This document shows, in pieces, positions 13,010-25,269 of a stretch of 64,000 nucleotides of DNA. This stretch comes from Lama glama. Taxonomy: Eukaryota. The notes beneath the pieces are model-generated. The model was given only the letters and a program-made list of their open reading frames with translations. It ran no database searches and was not told the origin of the DNA. Each line of letters starts with the position of its first letter. The stretch's first letter is position 1. A program made the translations under genes and the position numbers. The stretch is taken from assembly GCA_028534125.1 (NCBI GenBank), contig CM052816.1, forward strand, positions 15,564,001 to 15,628,000, given 5' to 3'.

Positions 13010-13825
13010 AGGTCTTCAAATGAAATGTAAACCTGGCTCTAATCCCCCCTTACTTAAAGTTCTCTAGGGGTTTCCCAGCTCCTGCAGGATCAAGTCTGAG
13101 GAGACATTGAAAAGCCTTTCTCTACAGCCTTATATCTCCTGCCACTCCTCATCCTACTGGGAAAACTTCAACTAGACTTTTGTTACGCTCAAGTGTTTGA
13201 ATGTTCCATGCATGCCTCTGGGCTTCTCTAGACACAGTATCCTCCACTGGAATACCCTTTCTCCTCTGCTCCTCTTCTTTCAAATCTTGACTGATATGTC
13301 CCCTCTCTGGGAGGCTTTCCCAGATGTCTCCTGGTAGCACTGACTACTCTCTCCTCTTTCCCTGTACACCTCCCCAAAATATCACCCATGAGCCTGTATT
13401 GCCTTTATTTGCTTATGTGTTTCTGCCTCATTAGACCCATGAGAGATCTGTATTTGATTCATTTCAAATTCAAACGTTTATCGGGGCTGATAAGGTCCTA
13501 CAGGGTTTGGTTCCACCCTGTCTCCTACCACTCTCAGCCCTACCCACTTCAACCAATCACACTGGCCTTCGGACTATTCCAAGATTGCCAAACTCCTTCC
13601 TGCTCTAGGTCTTTGTTCCCGCAGTAACCTTTTCCTGGAACGCCCTCTCTAGATCTTTCCATGGCTGGCTCCCTCTTGACATTCAGATCTCTGCTCAAAT
13701 GTCACCTCTTCCAGAATTATGGGCCAACCAATCAAAAGTAATCTTCCTTCCTCCTTATCCTCTCTTCAGGATAATACCATATTTTCTTCCCTTCCTAGCA
13801 CTTATCACAAGGTATAGTTAATTCA
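13010..13825 (+). mobile_element. L2 LINE fragments
   Basis: Pyrimidine-rich L2 3' motifs: CCTGGAACGCCCTCTCT...CATGGCTGGCTCC...CATTCAGATCTCTGCTCAAATGTCACCTCTTC, TAGCACTTATCAC. Confidence 0.65.
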
Positions 13826-13829
13826 CTAT

Positions 13830-15110
13830 AAAAATCAGTCTTACTGAGGAATAATTTGCATACAATAAAATGCATATGTTTAAGGTGTACAGTTAAATTA
13901 GTTTTGACAAATACCCAAGTATCCACCACTCTCTGCAAGAAATAGAATATTTCCATAATCTGTCCAATTTTCCCAATTCCTCTTTCCAGTCGATATCCCG
14001 GCTCCCTGTGGCCAGCCCCGGTCAATAACTGCTCTGCTTTCTGATCCCATAACTTCATTTCACTTGTTCTAGAACTTCATTTAAACGTCATCATCCGGCA
14101 TGTTCTCACCTGTCTGGCTTCTTTCACTCAGCATGTTTTGGAAGCTCATTTACGTGGTAGCATTTATCAGTTTTTGTTTCTTTTCATTACTGAGTAGTAA
14201 GCTATGGTATGAATACACCACAATTTATCTGTTTGTTTGTTGATGGATACCTGGGCCATTTCCAGCTTTGAGCTAATATGAATAAAGCTGCTTTGACAAT
14301 TCATGGACAAGCCTCTGTGTGGATGTACATTTTCATTTCTCTCAGGTCCCTGAAATGTACCTGTAATCCCTGTCGTGGAGATTGCTGGACACACGGTAAG
14401 CATATGTTTTACTTTTTAAGACACCGCCAACCTTTTTTCCAAAGTGATTTTCCATTTCATGCTCCTGCCAGCAACATGTGAGAGTTCCAGTTGTTCCACG
14501 CCCTTGCTAACACTTATTACTGGTCTTTTAACAGTTAGCCATTCTAATGTATGTCTGATGTTATCTCATTGTGGTTTTAATTTACATTTCGCCGATGGCT
14601 AATGATGTTGAACAACTTTTCCTGTGTTTATGGATATCTGTATATCTTATTTCTAAAGTATTTATTAAACTCTTTTGCCCATATCTTAATTTGGTTGTTT
14701 ATCTTCTTCTTATTGAGTCATATTTCTTTGCTGTAGATACAAATTATTTATCAAAAATATGATTGCAAAACTTTCTTCTAGTCAGTGACTTATCTCTTCA
14801 TGTTCTTGATGCTGTCTCCCCCCTCCCTTTTATAATTTTATTATTAGTTCTTTCTGTGAACTGACTATCCTAAGGATGTGTAGCTTTTCCTATGCTTTCT
14901 TCTAGAAGTTTTATAGTTTTTTAAAATTTTATTTATTTATTTTAATGGAGGTGTTGGGGATCAAACTCAGGACCTCGTGCATGCCAAGCTTGTGCTCTAC
15001 CACTGAGCTATACCCACACTCTCTATAGTTTATTTTTTAAATTTTGTTCTTTGATCCATCTCAAGTATATTGTGAAGCAGGGATTGATAGTCACTGTTTT
15101 CCATATTGGA
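13830..15110 (-). mobile_element. Old L1M (L1MB/ME-like) 3' region
   Basis: Antisense L1 motifs: CATACAATAAAATGCATATGTTTAAG, GTTTCCAG-like ATGAATAAAGCTGCT block, ATCTCATTGTGGTTTTAATTTACATTTC...ATGGCTAATGATGTTGAAC. Confidence 0.8.
14921..15023 (-). mobile_element. tRNA-Ala-derived camelid SINE (Vic-1-like)
   Basis: Minus strand reads GGGTATAGCTCAGTGGTAGAGCAC...GCATGCACGAGGTCCTGAGTTTGATCCCCAACACCTCC plus a (TAAA)n tail, with A- and B-box-like motifs and TSD TATAGTTT (14912-14919 and 15024-15031). Confidence 0.85.
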
Positions 15111-15419
15111 ATTGTGAGGCTGAGTGGAGGGATGGGGCTTATGTGGACCATCAGGGAAGCACTCTGAGAAGCTCACATTAGACAGAGAGGAAATGGAGTG
15201 AGAAATGGAGCCACATGGATACCGAGGGCAAGGACATTCCAGGCGGAACAAGCTTAGGCTGTTAGAGAAACAGCAGGGAGGTTGCTGTGGCTGGAGTGAG
15301 GCTCAGAGGTCTGACAGGCCTCAGAAATGAGTTTGAATTTTATTTTGAATGTGATATGAAGCTACTGGAGGGTTTTAAGAAGGGTCGTGACATGGTCTTA
15401 TTTATGGTTTAAAAGTTAC

Positions 15420-17430
15420 GTGGGGTACCATCACATGTGTATTAGAATGCCTGAAAAAAAATTTTTTTTAAAGTGATAATACCCAGTGCTGGCAGGAATG
15501 CAGAGGAGCTGCAACTCTCATACACTGCTGGTGGGAGTGGCAAAGTGGTACAGTTGGTTTGCAAAAGAGTTTAGCCATTTCACAGAAAGATAACACTTAC
15601 ACTTACCATACACCCTAGCAATCCCACTTCTAAGTATTTACCCAAGTGAAGTGAAGCTTATGCTCACACACAAACCTGTTACACAAATGTTCACAGTAAC
15701 TTGATTCATCATCACCAAAAGCTGGAAACAATTCAAATATCTTTCATCTGGTGAATGGGTAAACTGTGGCACATCCATGTAAGAATACTACTTAGCAATA
15801 AAAAAGAATGAACTACTGATAATACATGAAATGACCTGGAGGAACCTCAGGGGCTTTATGCTTAGTGGAAAAATTCAATCTCAAGAGTTTACATACTAGC
15901 CAGAAAGAGAAAGAAAAATACCATATGATATCATTTATATGTGGACTCTTGAAAAAAAAGACACAAACTTATTTACAAAACAGAGATAGACTCACAGACA
16001 TGGAAAACAAACCTGTGGTTACGAGGGGGTGGGAGGGAATGGGGTTGGGGGAGGGATAAATTGAGAGTTCAGGATTTGTAGATACTAACTACTATATACA
16101 AAATAGATCAACAATAAGCCAAGATCCTACTGTATAGCACAGCGAATTATATCCAATACCTTGTAATGCCCTATAATGAAAAAGAATATGAAAAGGAATA
16201 TATATGTCTAAGTGAATCACTATGCTGTACACCAGAAATTAACACAACATTGTAAATCGATTTCAATTAAAAAAAAGTTTACATACAGTATGATTTCATT
16301 CATATAATATTCTCAAAATGGCACAACTATAGAGATGGAGAACAGATCAGTTGCCAAGGGACAGGGAGGAGACCCTGGGAGGCATGAAATGGGAGTGGGT
16401 GTGAATACAAAGAGGCAGCACTAGAGAGTTCCATGGTGATGTAACAGCTACCCATCTTGGTGGTGGTGGTAGGTACAGAAATCTACACTCGGGATTTAAG
16501 TGCAGAGAACTGAACATACACCCACACACACAAACGAATGCAGGTTAAAAATTGGTGAAAACTGAAGAAAGTCTGTTGTCTGACTAAAGTAAGGTACCAA
16601 TATCAGTGTCCTGGTTTGGATATTTTACTACAGCTCAGTCTAAGATGTCACCATTATGGGAAGCTGGTTAAAGGGTACATGAGACTTTTATTTTGGCAAC
16701 TTCTGTGAGCCTATAGCTATTTCAAAACTAAAAGTTTAGAACTAAAACTCTAGCAGGTTGGTAAAAAACTATAAAAGGCTTTTTCTTGAAATTGGGGAAA
16801 TTTGCAAATAGATGGATAGTCGGTGACATTTGGGAATTTCCTGTCAGCTTTCTTAGGTGTAATAATGTATGGTCATCACTCAGTCTTAGGTGATACATGT
16901 TGGAGTTTTAGAGGTGAAGTGTCAGTGCCTACAACTTACTTTCAAATGGTTCAGCAAATAAATACCTATGTTTAGATGTCACTTTAAAATACAGCAAAAT
17001 GCAAGCAATTACTGAGTCTAGGTGGGAGGTCTATAGGTGTTCACTGTGTTATTCTTTTAACTTTGTATTTGAAAAATTTGTAATGAAAAGTTGAAAGAAA
17101 GAAAAAAGGAACAAATCGCTGATATATACAATTGCTGATGACTCTCAAAAGCTTAATGGTAAATGAAAGAAGCCTGTCTCACAAGGCTAAATATTGTAAG
17201 ATTCCATTTTGGGAAATGCAAAACTATAAGGAAATCAGATCAGTGATTGCCAGTGGCTGGGGCTAGCAGCCGGGAGATCTTATTTATCTCTAAAGAGCAA
17301 GAGGGAAAATTTGCGGGGTGAGGAACATATTCTATATTATGATTATGATGGTGGGTACATGACTGTGTTGAAATTCACAGAACTGCACACTTAAAAAGGT
17401 GAATTTTAATGTGTGGAAAGTGTACCCCCT
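15420..17430 (+). mobile_element. Old L1M (L1MC/ME-like) ORF2-end and 3'UTR fragments
   Basis: CAACTCTCATACACTGCTGGTGGGAGTG, CCTAGCAATCCCACTTCTAAGTATTTACCCAA, GAGATGGAGAACAGATCAGTTGCCAAGG. Several degraded pieces. Confidence 0.75.
15897..16275 (+). mobile_element. Younger L1 3' end inserted into an older L1M, with TSD
   Basis: L1 3'UTR with a G-rich tract and CTACTGTATAGCACAG motif, flanked by the direct repeat AGTTTACATAC (15886-15896 and 16276-16286). Confidence 0.85.
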
Positions 17431-18004
17431 CAAAAAAAAAAAACCAGAAGAGAGTATCGTGTACAGAAGAACCATGAAAACACAAAGGACAAGAGGACAA
17501 AGATCTTACCTAAGACTTGTTTGTTGTGCTTATAATACACTTGGCAGCTAATGAGCACTGCATAAATATTAGCTAGTATGTGCAGTAAATTTTTCCCTAA
17601 TAAGACCCCTGTGTTCCAGGGACCCTCCACTATGCAGGGCTATGTAGTTCAGGCAGGGCACCAAGCCACTGCTCTATGGCTGTTTGTGGAATGATGGGTG
17701 ATCTGACCTTGTCTTACTCACATGGGTTTGACGTATTTCTGGCTGCATCCTCTGGGACAGTGAGGTCCTTCAGTGTCCTGTATCCTGATGCTCTCTGGCT
17801 GGAGAGAACTCTGTGGGCCATCTTAAGGACCAGCAACAGCTCCAGAAAGTTGCCCATGGCTGCTTCGACAGGACTTGTAAGACAAAACCAAATTTCCTTC
17901 TCCATGCAGCAAAGACTAGTTCATTTTAAAAAGAAAGAATTTAGAAATTCCCTTTGCAAACGTGAAATACTAAACAAACATGACATTTTGTTTTCCAACA
18001 TAAT

Positions 18005-18200
18005 AATAACTACTGTTTGCCTTTCTCAGTGCCAGATCCCTTCACAGGCACCATGTTATCCTCATAGCACAGAAGGTGATGGCTCTTGTTAGTGGCCCCA
18101 TTGTACAGGTAAGACACCTGAGGCTCAGAGAAGGGAGATGACTTGCCCTTGGCCACATCCCGGGGTGCTCCGACAGCCAATCTTACACTCATCTGCTTAA
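18005..18200 (-). mobile_element. MIR fragment
   Basis: CCCCATTGTACAGGTAAGACACCTGAGGCTCAGAGAAGGGAGATGACTTGCCC. Confidence 0.7.
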
Positions 18201-18629
18201 CACGTGGTCTTTCACAGAGCTACCCCCACCCTGCCCCTACCCAGGGGCAGCGTTAATGTTGAGTCACTGTGGGTCCAACAGCACCGTGTGGGCCATGCAA
18301 CCCTCTTCCTCTGGCACAGAATGGAATGTTCTCTCTGCAGTGGGATGAGCAGTGGCATCTAGGTCAAATATGGAAGGGAAGGGGTGGGGAGGGGGTGAAA
18401 GAAGAGAAGGTCGGGGGAGAACATGCAGAAAACACCAGATGCTCTTTCTAGCTTTATAAAAACACAAGCATTAGGGAACACAGATTTTTATCACAGCCTG
18501 TTAGGAGAGAGAAGGGGGAAGGGGTAGATTAGGCTGTGGAGGAAGAAAGGGCTTCTATACAGACCTTAGAATTGGGTCTGGGGCCCAATGATAATGACAA
18601 TAAAGATGGTGATGATGACAATCGTCACA

Positions 18630-18765
18630 GTCACTGTGTGCCTGATACTGAGCTAGGCACCCCCCACGAATTAGCTCAGGTAACTTTCTCAGAGTAACTC
18701 TTCAGACTTTAACTACTATTATTTTCATTCCCATTTTTAGATTAGGAAACTGAGGCCCAGAGAGC
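18630..18765 (-). mobile_element. MIR fragment
   Basis: CCCATTTTTAGATTAGGAAACTGAGGCCCAGAGA. Confidence 0.65.
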
Positions 18766-19568
18766 ACATACACTGAATCATATGTTTGCATACGTAGACT
18801 CATGTAAATACATGGAATGAAGTCAGGAAGGACACACATCAATCTAATGGCAGCAGTTACCTGAGGTGGGTGTGTGGGTGTGTGTGAGGCAAAGGAGGGG
18901 AGCTTTCGCCTTTCTTTAATTGTATTGTGTAATATTTTTACAGTGGGAATGTGTATCCATCTGTGTGTGCCTTTAAAAAACAGGTGGGTGGTGCTAAAGG
19001 CTATCCAAGGATCCCAGCACTAGTTGGGAACCCGTTTCTCAGACTGCAGCTCCCAGTCCCTAACCATCAGACAGCAATGCTTTTCAAAGAAAGTCCCGTG
19101 TTCTTGCCTCTACACTCCTGATGGTGGGGAGGAAGGAGGAAACGACTTATGGGAGGCGTCGGTCCTTTGCCCCACCCACCTCCCCTGGATTTCCAGGGGG
19201 GTACTGGGCCAGTTGCGCGTCTCAGCCCTCGGGGAGCCCATTGCTGGCTATCCTGCCCCAGGACCCGCCCACTGTCACGGAGCGGACTTCGAGCCAATCA
19301 GACCGGGGTGATGCCACGCCGGGAGATGAGAGTGGCAGGAAATCAAGGTCAAGGCCCCGGACACAATGGGTCCATTGTTGGTCTTCAGTCAGTTGACTTT
19401 CAAGCAGCAGTTCCCCATCCACCCTCGCTCCTTCTCTCCATCCCCGCCTCCTGCCAGGAAGTCACCCAAACCTACTGCCTCCTTTTCAGTCTCCGCCCAA
19501 AAGAAGCCGCGTTCCGGATCCGACTCTAGAAGCCGGATCTGGGCTGCCTCACGCCTGGTCTCTTAGGT

Positions 19569-19581
19569 CCACCAGGTGGCG
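19569..19581 (+). promoter_or_regulatory. CTCF motif (forward)
   Basis: CCACCAGGTGGCG matches the CTCF core consensus. Confidence 0.65.
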
Positions 19582-20034
19582 ATAGAACACCACACTTCTG
19601 AGGGAGGAGAGGGAGGCCAGGGGATAGTGCTCAATTACTCGTCCGGTCCTGGGGGGAACCCAGCACTTCCTGTTTTATCCCCAAACCAAGCCCGATAATA
19701 CTTTCCCTCACCCTTTATTCTGAGGCCACCGGGACCAGAAATCTCTAGGCCTCTTAGCTCAGTAAACGGCAAAATGGCCCTAGACTACCCCACTTTTCCT
19801 TGATGGAGAGGAAAACGGAGGGGAAACTTCTATACACCGCAAATCACAGCAGGTGAAACCTGACAGTCTCTCTGGTCTGGATGAATCAACTGGCTGATTG
19901 ATTAGTTTTGTCAGTATATAAGTGTCATCTCTGAAAGGACTTCCCACCCCCCACCCCCCTGGTCTAAATTACATTCCCCCTATTGTTCTCCCTCAGAATC
20001 GGCTGCACTTTTCCTTCTTGGCATGTATCACAAC

Positions 20035-20192
20035 TTGTAATCGGACACATATTTGTTTTCCCCTGGGATAGATGCTCCATGAGAGCAGGCACTGGGTCCA
20101 CTTTTGTTCCCCAATGCATCCTTAGTGCCAAGGACAGGATCTGGCATGTAGTAGGTGTGCAATAGATCTTTGTCAACATAATTCATGAATGA
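20035..20192 (+). mobile_element. L2 3' end
   Basis: GCTCCATGAGAGCAGG...CTGGCATGTAGTAGGTGTGCAATAGATCTTTG...ATGAATGA. Confidence 0.65.
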
Positions 20193-23022
20193 GTGCCCTA
20201 TTGAGTAGGATGGGGCTATTAAACTCTCCTGAGGTTTGTGGGGACTTAAAAAGATAATGAATGAAAAACGCGGGAGCACACAGCAGACACCTAGCAAGCC
20301 CTCAATAAATACTCTGCTGCTGCTGCTGCTATGGCGGCTGGTACTGTTATTGATGGCCAGGGACAAGGCCAGGCACCGAGTCTGGCCAAGCCTCTGAAGG
20401 GAGGTCAGCCAGGTTGGGGCGGAGTTGGGGGGAGGTTTCCTCCCTTCCTGGTCCTGCTGGTAAGGAGACCAGGTCCTTGGGCCTCAAGTAGGAAGCTCTG
20501 AGGCCCTGGAAGGAAGTCACCCTCCCCCACCTCACCGTCACTACCAGATACGGTGTCCTGCCAGCCTGTGAGGTGGGATGGAGACTTCTTAGCCTGAAGC
20601 AGCCTGGTTTCTCTTCCTTTCCTCTCACTGCTTCTCTTCTTTAACTGTTGCCAATGCCAAACAACTGCTTCCCTGTGTGCGTGGGGGGGGGTGCGGAGAA
20701 CACCCAAGGACGAGGGTGGGGAGGGAGTGAGGTGGGGGGAAATCTCCAATGTATAAAGAGGAAAGGGGCCATTTCTCTCTCAGCCTGAAACTGGTGACAT
20801 TAGATAGTGTATTTAAGACGTTTGTCCCCATACCCTGCTCTTTTCCTTAGCTCTTTTCCTAAGCCTGATGCTGTTTGCATGGTAAAAGAATGAAGCTTTA
20901 ATGAAGAAATAAAAATGATTAACTGACAACAATCTGTAGCCCAGCTGACCATCTGACACCCCATTTCCAGGGCTGGGGGGCTATTGCTCCCATATCCTAG
21001 CCTGTGTCCCTCTTCTGCTGAGAGAAGGCGGGATAGGGCTGGGTAAAGGGCAGCGGTGCAGTCTTGGACTCAGGTTGGGGCTGAAATCCTGCCTTCAGCC
21101 CTTTTCAGAAACATTGGCCTTAGCAGGGGCCCCTTGAGAATGGGGATCCCTCCAGAGTCCTGTTCCTCAGGCAGGAGCTTTTGCTGCTCCCGCAGGTGGG
21201 ACCTCTGTCTCCATTTCCATGCCCCTCCAGTCCATCCCTACACAGTTCCCTCAGAATCTGGAGAGGGAAAACTTGAGGCCTCCAGCTTTCTGAAGGTCTA
21301 AAAGAATCCCCAAGGACCTGGAAGCCCCACTGGGGCCTGGCCTGGTGAGAGCCGGCAAGCTGGGGCGGGGGGGGGGGGGAGGCCAGCCCCCTGTGTGGAG
21401 CTCATGATCTGAGCTTCGATTAGGCTGGAATGTTCCCTGTCTGGTTCACAGCTATGTCCGCGGGGAGATACCGAGAGGGTGTCTGATTGTCTGGGGTTCC
21501 TCGGGCTTGGAAACCCACAGGCCCTGCTGTAGGGCCTGGCTTCTTGCTCGCCCACCCACAGCCCTCTCCTCTTGCGCTGCCCACCTCACCTTCCATTTCT
21601 CAGGAGCCCTCAAAGGGCTTCAGCTTCCCTGGGTCTTGCTCTTGTGGTCCTCTCTGCCCCACCTCCAGTCATCACTTTGTCTCACTAATTTAATTTCTAC
21701 TCTTTCTTTCAGACTCCCCTCCCCATCTCACCTGGGCTGGCTGTCCCTCCACTCCTTGGAACACTCACGTTGTCTGCAGGGTACGGCCTTGTAAAGCAGT
21801 CTGCTCTCACCTGCCTGGGGACAGGGATGCTGCCATTGGTGGACCTGCATGTGGGAGGGGCTTGATGAGAATTAACCAATGAGTGGCCTTCACCCTCATT
21901 GCTTCAGGCCAAAAAGGCTTTATGCACACCTGAGGCTGCTTCTCCCTTCTCTAAATCCTGGAGTTTAGAGCCCCTTTCTCTTCTGCTCAACTCCATCCCC
22001 CTTGTCACCCACCACCTGATAAAGGCCATGGAGATGGTGCAGCAGAGGAGTTAACAGGGGCCACCTGGCAGCTGAGGGACCCACCTTTCCCAGCTGGGAA
22101 AGACCCTGACCCAGGTTTCCTCTTCTGTAAAATGGATAATTTACAGCACCTTCTTAGGGTGGCTTTAAAGACTGAATGTAATAATCCCCATAATGAGCCC
22201 CTTCGCTCCCCCGGCTACTCTGGACAAGCGGTGACTCTCTCTCCCAAAGGTTTGCAATCCCCTCTGGAGAGAGGAGGGCAGCTCTGAGTGCTGGCATGGC
22301 ATCTTGTTTGCAGGAGTTCTGCACCCCTCACCTTTACCCTGTTCCCTCCCTGGGGCCACACCTTTCCACAGCATGGAAGACAGGGCTATTCTGGGATGAG
22401 GGTCCGTGGTATCCAGGGGAAGTTCTGGGCGATGAGGCACTTGACAGTGGGCTGGGATGCATGCCTGGCCAGAAAGTGATAACAAGGATCACTCCTTTGC
22501 TCAGTGCCTGCTTCTGCTTTCCAGAGCGGATCCTCAAACCTTCCTCTCCATAGAGATGACCCATGGGCAATGATACCAGCAGAAGTAGTGGCCTCTTTCT
22601 CTGTGTTCGGGGTCTCGGGGCAACCAAATCCAGCTACAAAGCTTTGTAGCCACCTGAATGTGGAGTGGGTGGCAGAGGGCAGAGTGGGAGGCTAAGAGAC
22701 CCACATCCTCAGAGGCCTGGGCCACAGAGCGAAGTAGGTGTGAAAGGTACTCCCCTGGGTCCCAGGCTCTGGCCTCACTATGTGGGGCCACACAGCAAGT
22801 AGCACTCACCACATCTGTAGATTCAAAAGGAAGCAAACGCAGAGGCCACAGCTGCCTGAGGGTCTAGGCCACCTCAACCATATGGTCTGCTGCTGGCTAA
22901 CCTGTGGCAGCAGTATAGGCACTTGGCTGTCAGCTGAGGGATCCTGGCATTTTCAGGCAGGCCACCTTGGAGGTCTCTCCTGGAGAGGAAACAGAGAGAG
23001 GACAGGTGGGGGGGGAGGGGTG

Positions 23023-23125
23023 GAGAGAGAGAGAGGGAGAGAAAGAGGGAGAGAGAGAGGAGAGAGAGCGAGAGAGAGAGCGAGAGAGAGAGCGAGAGAG
23101 AGCAAGCAAGAGCGAGCACGCGAGA
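23023..23125. repeat. (GA)n / (GAGC)-interrupted purine microsatellite
   Basis: Read directly. Confidence 0.95.
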
Positions 23126-23559
23126 AAGACTCTGCGCAAGGACTGAGGCCAGTTGGTGGAGCTCGGGAGGCTGGGACACCACGGCCCCACAGCCTGAAAC
23201 CCCACCCCTCCACTAGCCTGGGAACTTCAGTCAGTGGCCACAAGGGGCACTGTGGCCTCCTGCCACCCACGGGCAGCAGGGAAAGGCGCCTGGCATTCTG
23301 AGAGGAGCTAGCAGATTTCCTGGGTGTGGGGGTGAGGGATAGGGTACAGGGAGGGGCCTTTTCAGTACAGGGAGAGGCCTTTTCGAAGCTCTAGGGTCAT
23401 GCTTCAGGAGGAAGAGAAGCACCATACCAGTTTCTGCTGGGTATGTGTCCCGGGCAGTCCCCTCCTACTGCCCCTGCCTGTCAGACCGGCTCCCCCTCCC
23501 CCTCCCTTCTTTACCTGCGCTCAAAAGCATCCTGTGATTCTCTTTACCATGGTTGATAA

Positions 23560-23842
23560 TTCTGTTTGCCAGATTGTTAGATTGACATCTGTCTCCCCTG
23601 TGGACTGTGAGTCTACAAGGTGCTACTATTGGGATGGCTGGGGTTGTGCTTGTCTTCTTCGCTGTCTCCCTAGCACTTGGTACAGAGCCTCATTCATCTG
23701 GTGAATGAACGAGTTAAAGAATAAATTCCTTCGTCAGATACCATGAGCTTTGTAAGGGCAGGAACCGCTTCATTTATTTTTGTATCCCTGACCCCTGGCA
23801 CAGTGCCTGGCACAAAGCAGGTGCCCACTAAATAGTGTGGAA
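23560..23842 (+). mobile_element. L2 3' ends (two adjacent fragments)
   Basis: TGTCTCCCCTGTGGACTGTGAG; GGGCAGGAACC...TTTGTATCCC...GCACAGTGCCTGGCACAAAGCAGGTGCCCACTAAATA. Confidence 0.65.
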
Positions 23843-25269
23843 TGGGAGACTCACTGGGATTAGAGGTGAGCCAAGAGGAGCCTTTGCAGATGTGATAATG
23901 TCTATCCCTTCCCACCTGTTAGGCAGTGAGGACATGGCCTTCTCCTCTGGGTGGCTCTCCTGGGAACAGAGGGCTCCGCAGCAGAGCTGAGAAGGGTGGA
24001 AGTGTCATGCTGACTCTAGAAGAGGATGAGAGTTGAGGCTTCGGGTGGGTTGAGCTGGGGGTGCTCTTTGGGCAGGTAGCTGCCTTTGGGTGAACAGGGA
24101 AACTCTGTGGGAGCCACACCTGGTAAGCACTTATCTCTAGGAAAGCGCAAAGAAGACCCAGGGTGGCAGCAGGGGAGGTGTCTGGGCCAGAGCCCGAGGC
24201 TGCAGTGGTACTGGCTGTTCACCTGACCCCATCTCCAAAGCCTCCTGAGGTTGGGGGCTGGGGCTAGGGGCTCCCACAGGTGCCACTCTGCATGTGAGGC
24301 TCTAGACATCAGGCCATTCCTTACCTTCAGAGAGCCAGGAAGTCTCAGACACACAGGGAACTGACAGACCGAGGGAGCAGGGGTGGGATCTTGCACTGGG
24401 CTTGGGGTGGATCCCCTGCCCAGTGAGCAGAGCCTTAGCGCTGTGTCCTGCGGAGTGAGGGTCCCTCAGGGCTGCAGAATAGCCCAGGCTCTCTGACCAT
24501 AGGTTGATTTCTGGGCCCATCTTTCATGTCCAGATGAACTGAGGAGGAGGTAGAGAGTCTCCTGGGACCCAGGTCCCAGGTACTAAACAGACATAAAGTC
24601 CAGAGTTTGCAGCCCAACCCCGTATCTCAGAAAGCAATTAAGCCATGTAGTGTTGGCTCCTCTTAGCCAACAAACCGGTCTTATCTTAGGGATTCCTGAC
24701 TCCTGATGGGCAGAGAAATGCACTCATTTAGGATCCCCTCCCCCAGGAGTCTATCTGAGCATCTATCTGACCAGCGTGGATGGACCAGAAAACAACCCGA
24801 CGCAGATGTCAGCCCTTGGCGCTCCTGCTGTGAAATCCTGTGCTAAATGTTAGGATTTGAAACTACAGGTGATGTGCAGCTTGAGACATAATTTAACCTT
24901 TAATTCTTGCTTTGAGGGTTGCAAAAACGCCCAAACCTAACCAAATCAAAACAAAATAAAATGTGAATTCTTGACTACCAGCAAGTAAAGAGGTACCATT
25001 TCAAAGACTCCCTTTGAAACGAAGCATAAACTTGACTTCCTTTTATTCGAGGGTAGAAATATTTACCCAGAATGGATGCTGGCTAGTGTGGGTGGGGGGC
25101 ACAAAGAGGATTTAAACACACACACACAGGCACACACTTTTATCTCTAATTCTGTCAGGCCTGACATGTTTTGATAAAGGCGGACTTGGGTTAAAAAAAA
25201 AAAAACGGACTCTTTTTCTACCGAAACAGCATCTCATCAAGTGGAAAGATCCTCAGCAGTGCCAAAGCC

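Noticed and set aside
14921..15023. tRNA-Ala-like sequence (also at 30302-30392)
   Set aside because: Degenerate arms, an A-rich tail and TSDs indicate a SINE rather than a tRNA gene.
19512..19540. Adjacent BamHI and XbaI sites resembling a vector polylinker
   Set aside because: Spacing differs from pUC-type linkers and the flanks are ordinary genomic sequence, so this is coincidence.
22780..23301. Glu/Arg-rich and Ser/Leu-rich ORFs
   Set aside because: They are translations of the (GA)n microsatellite.
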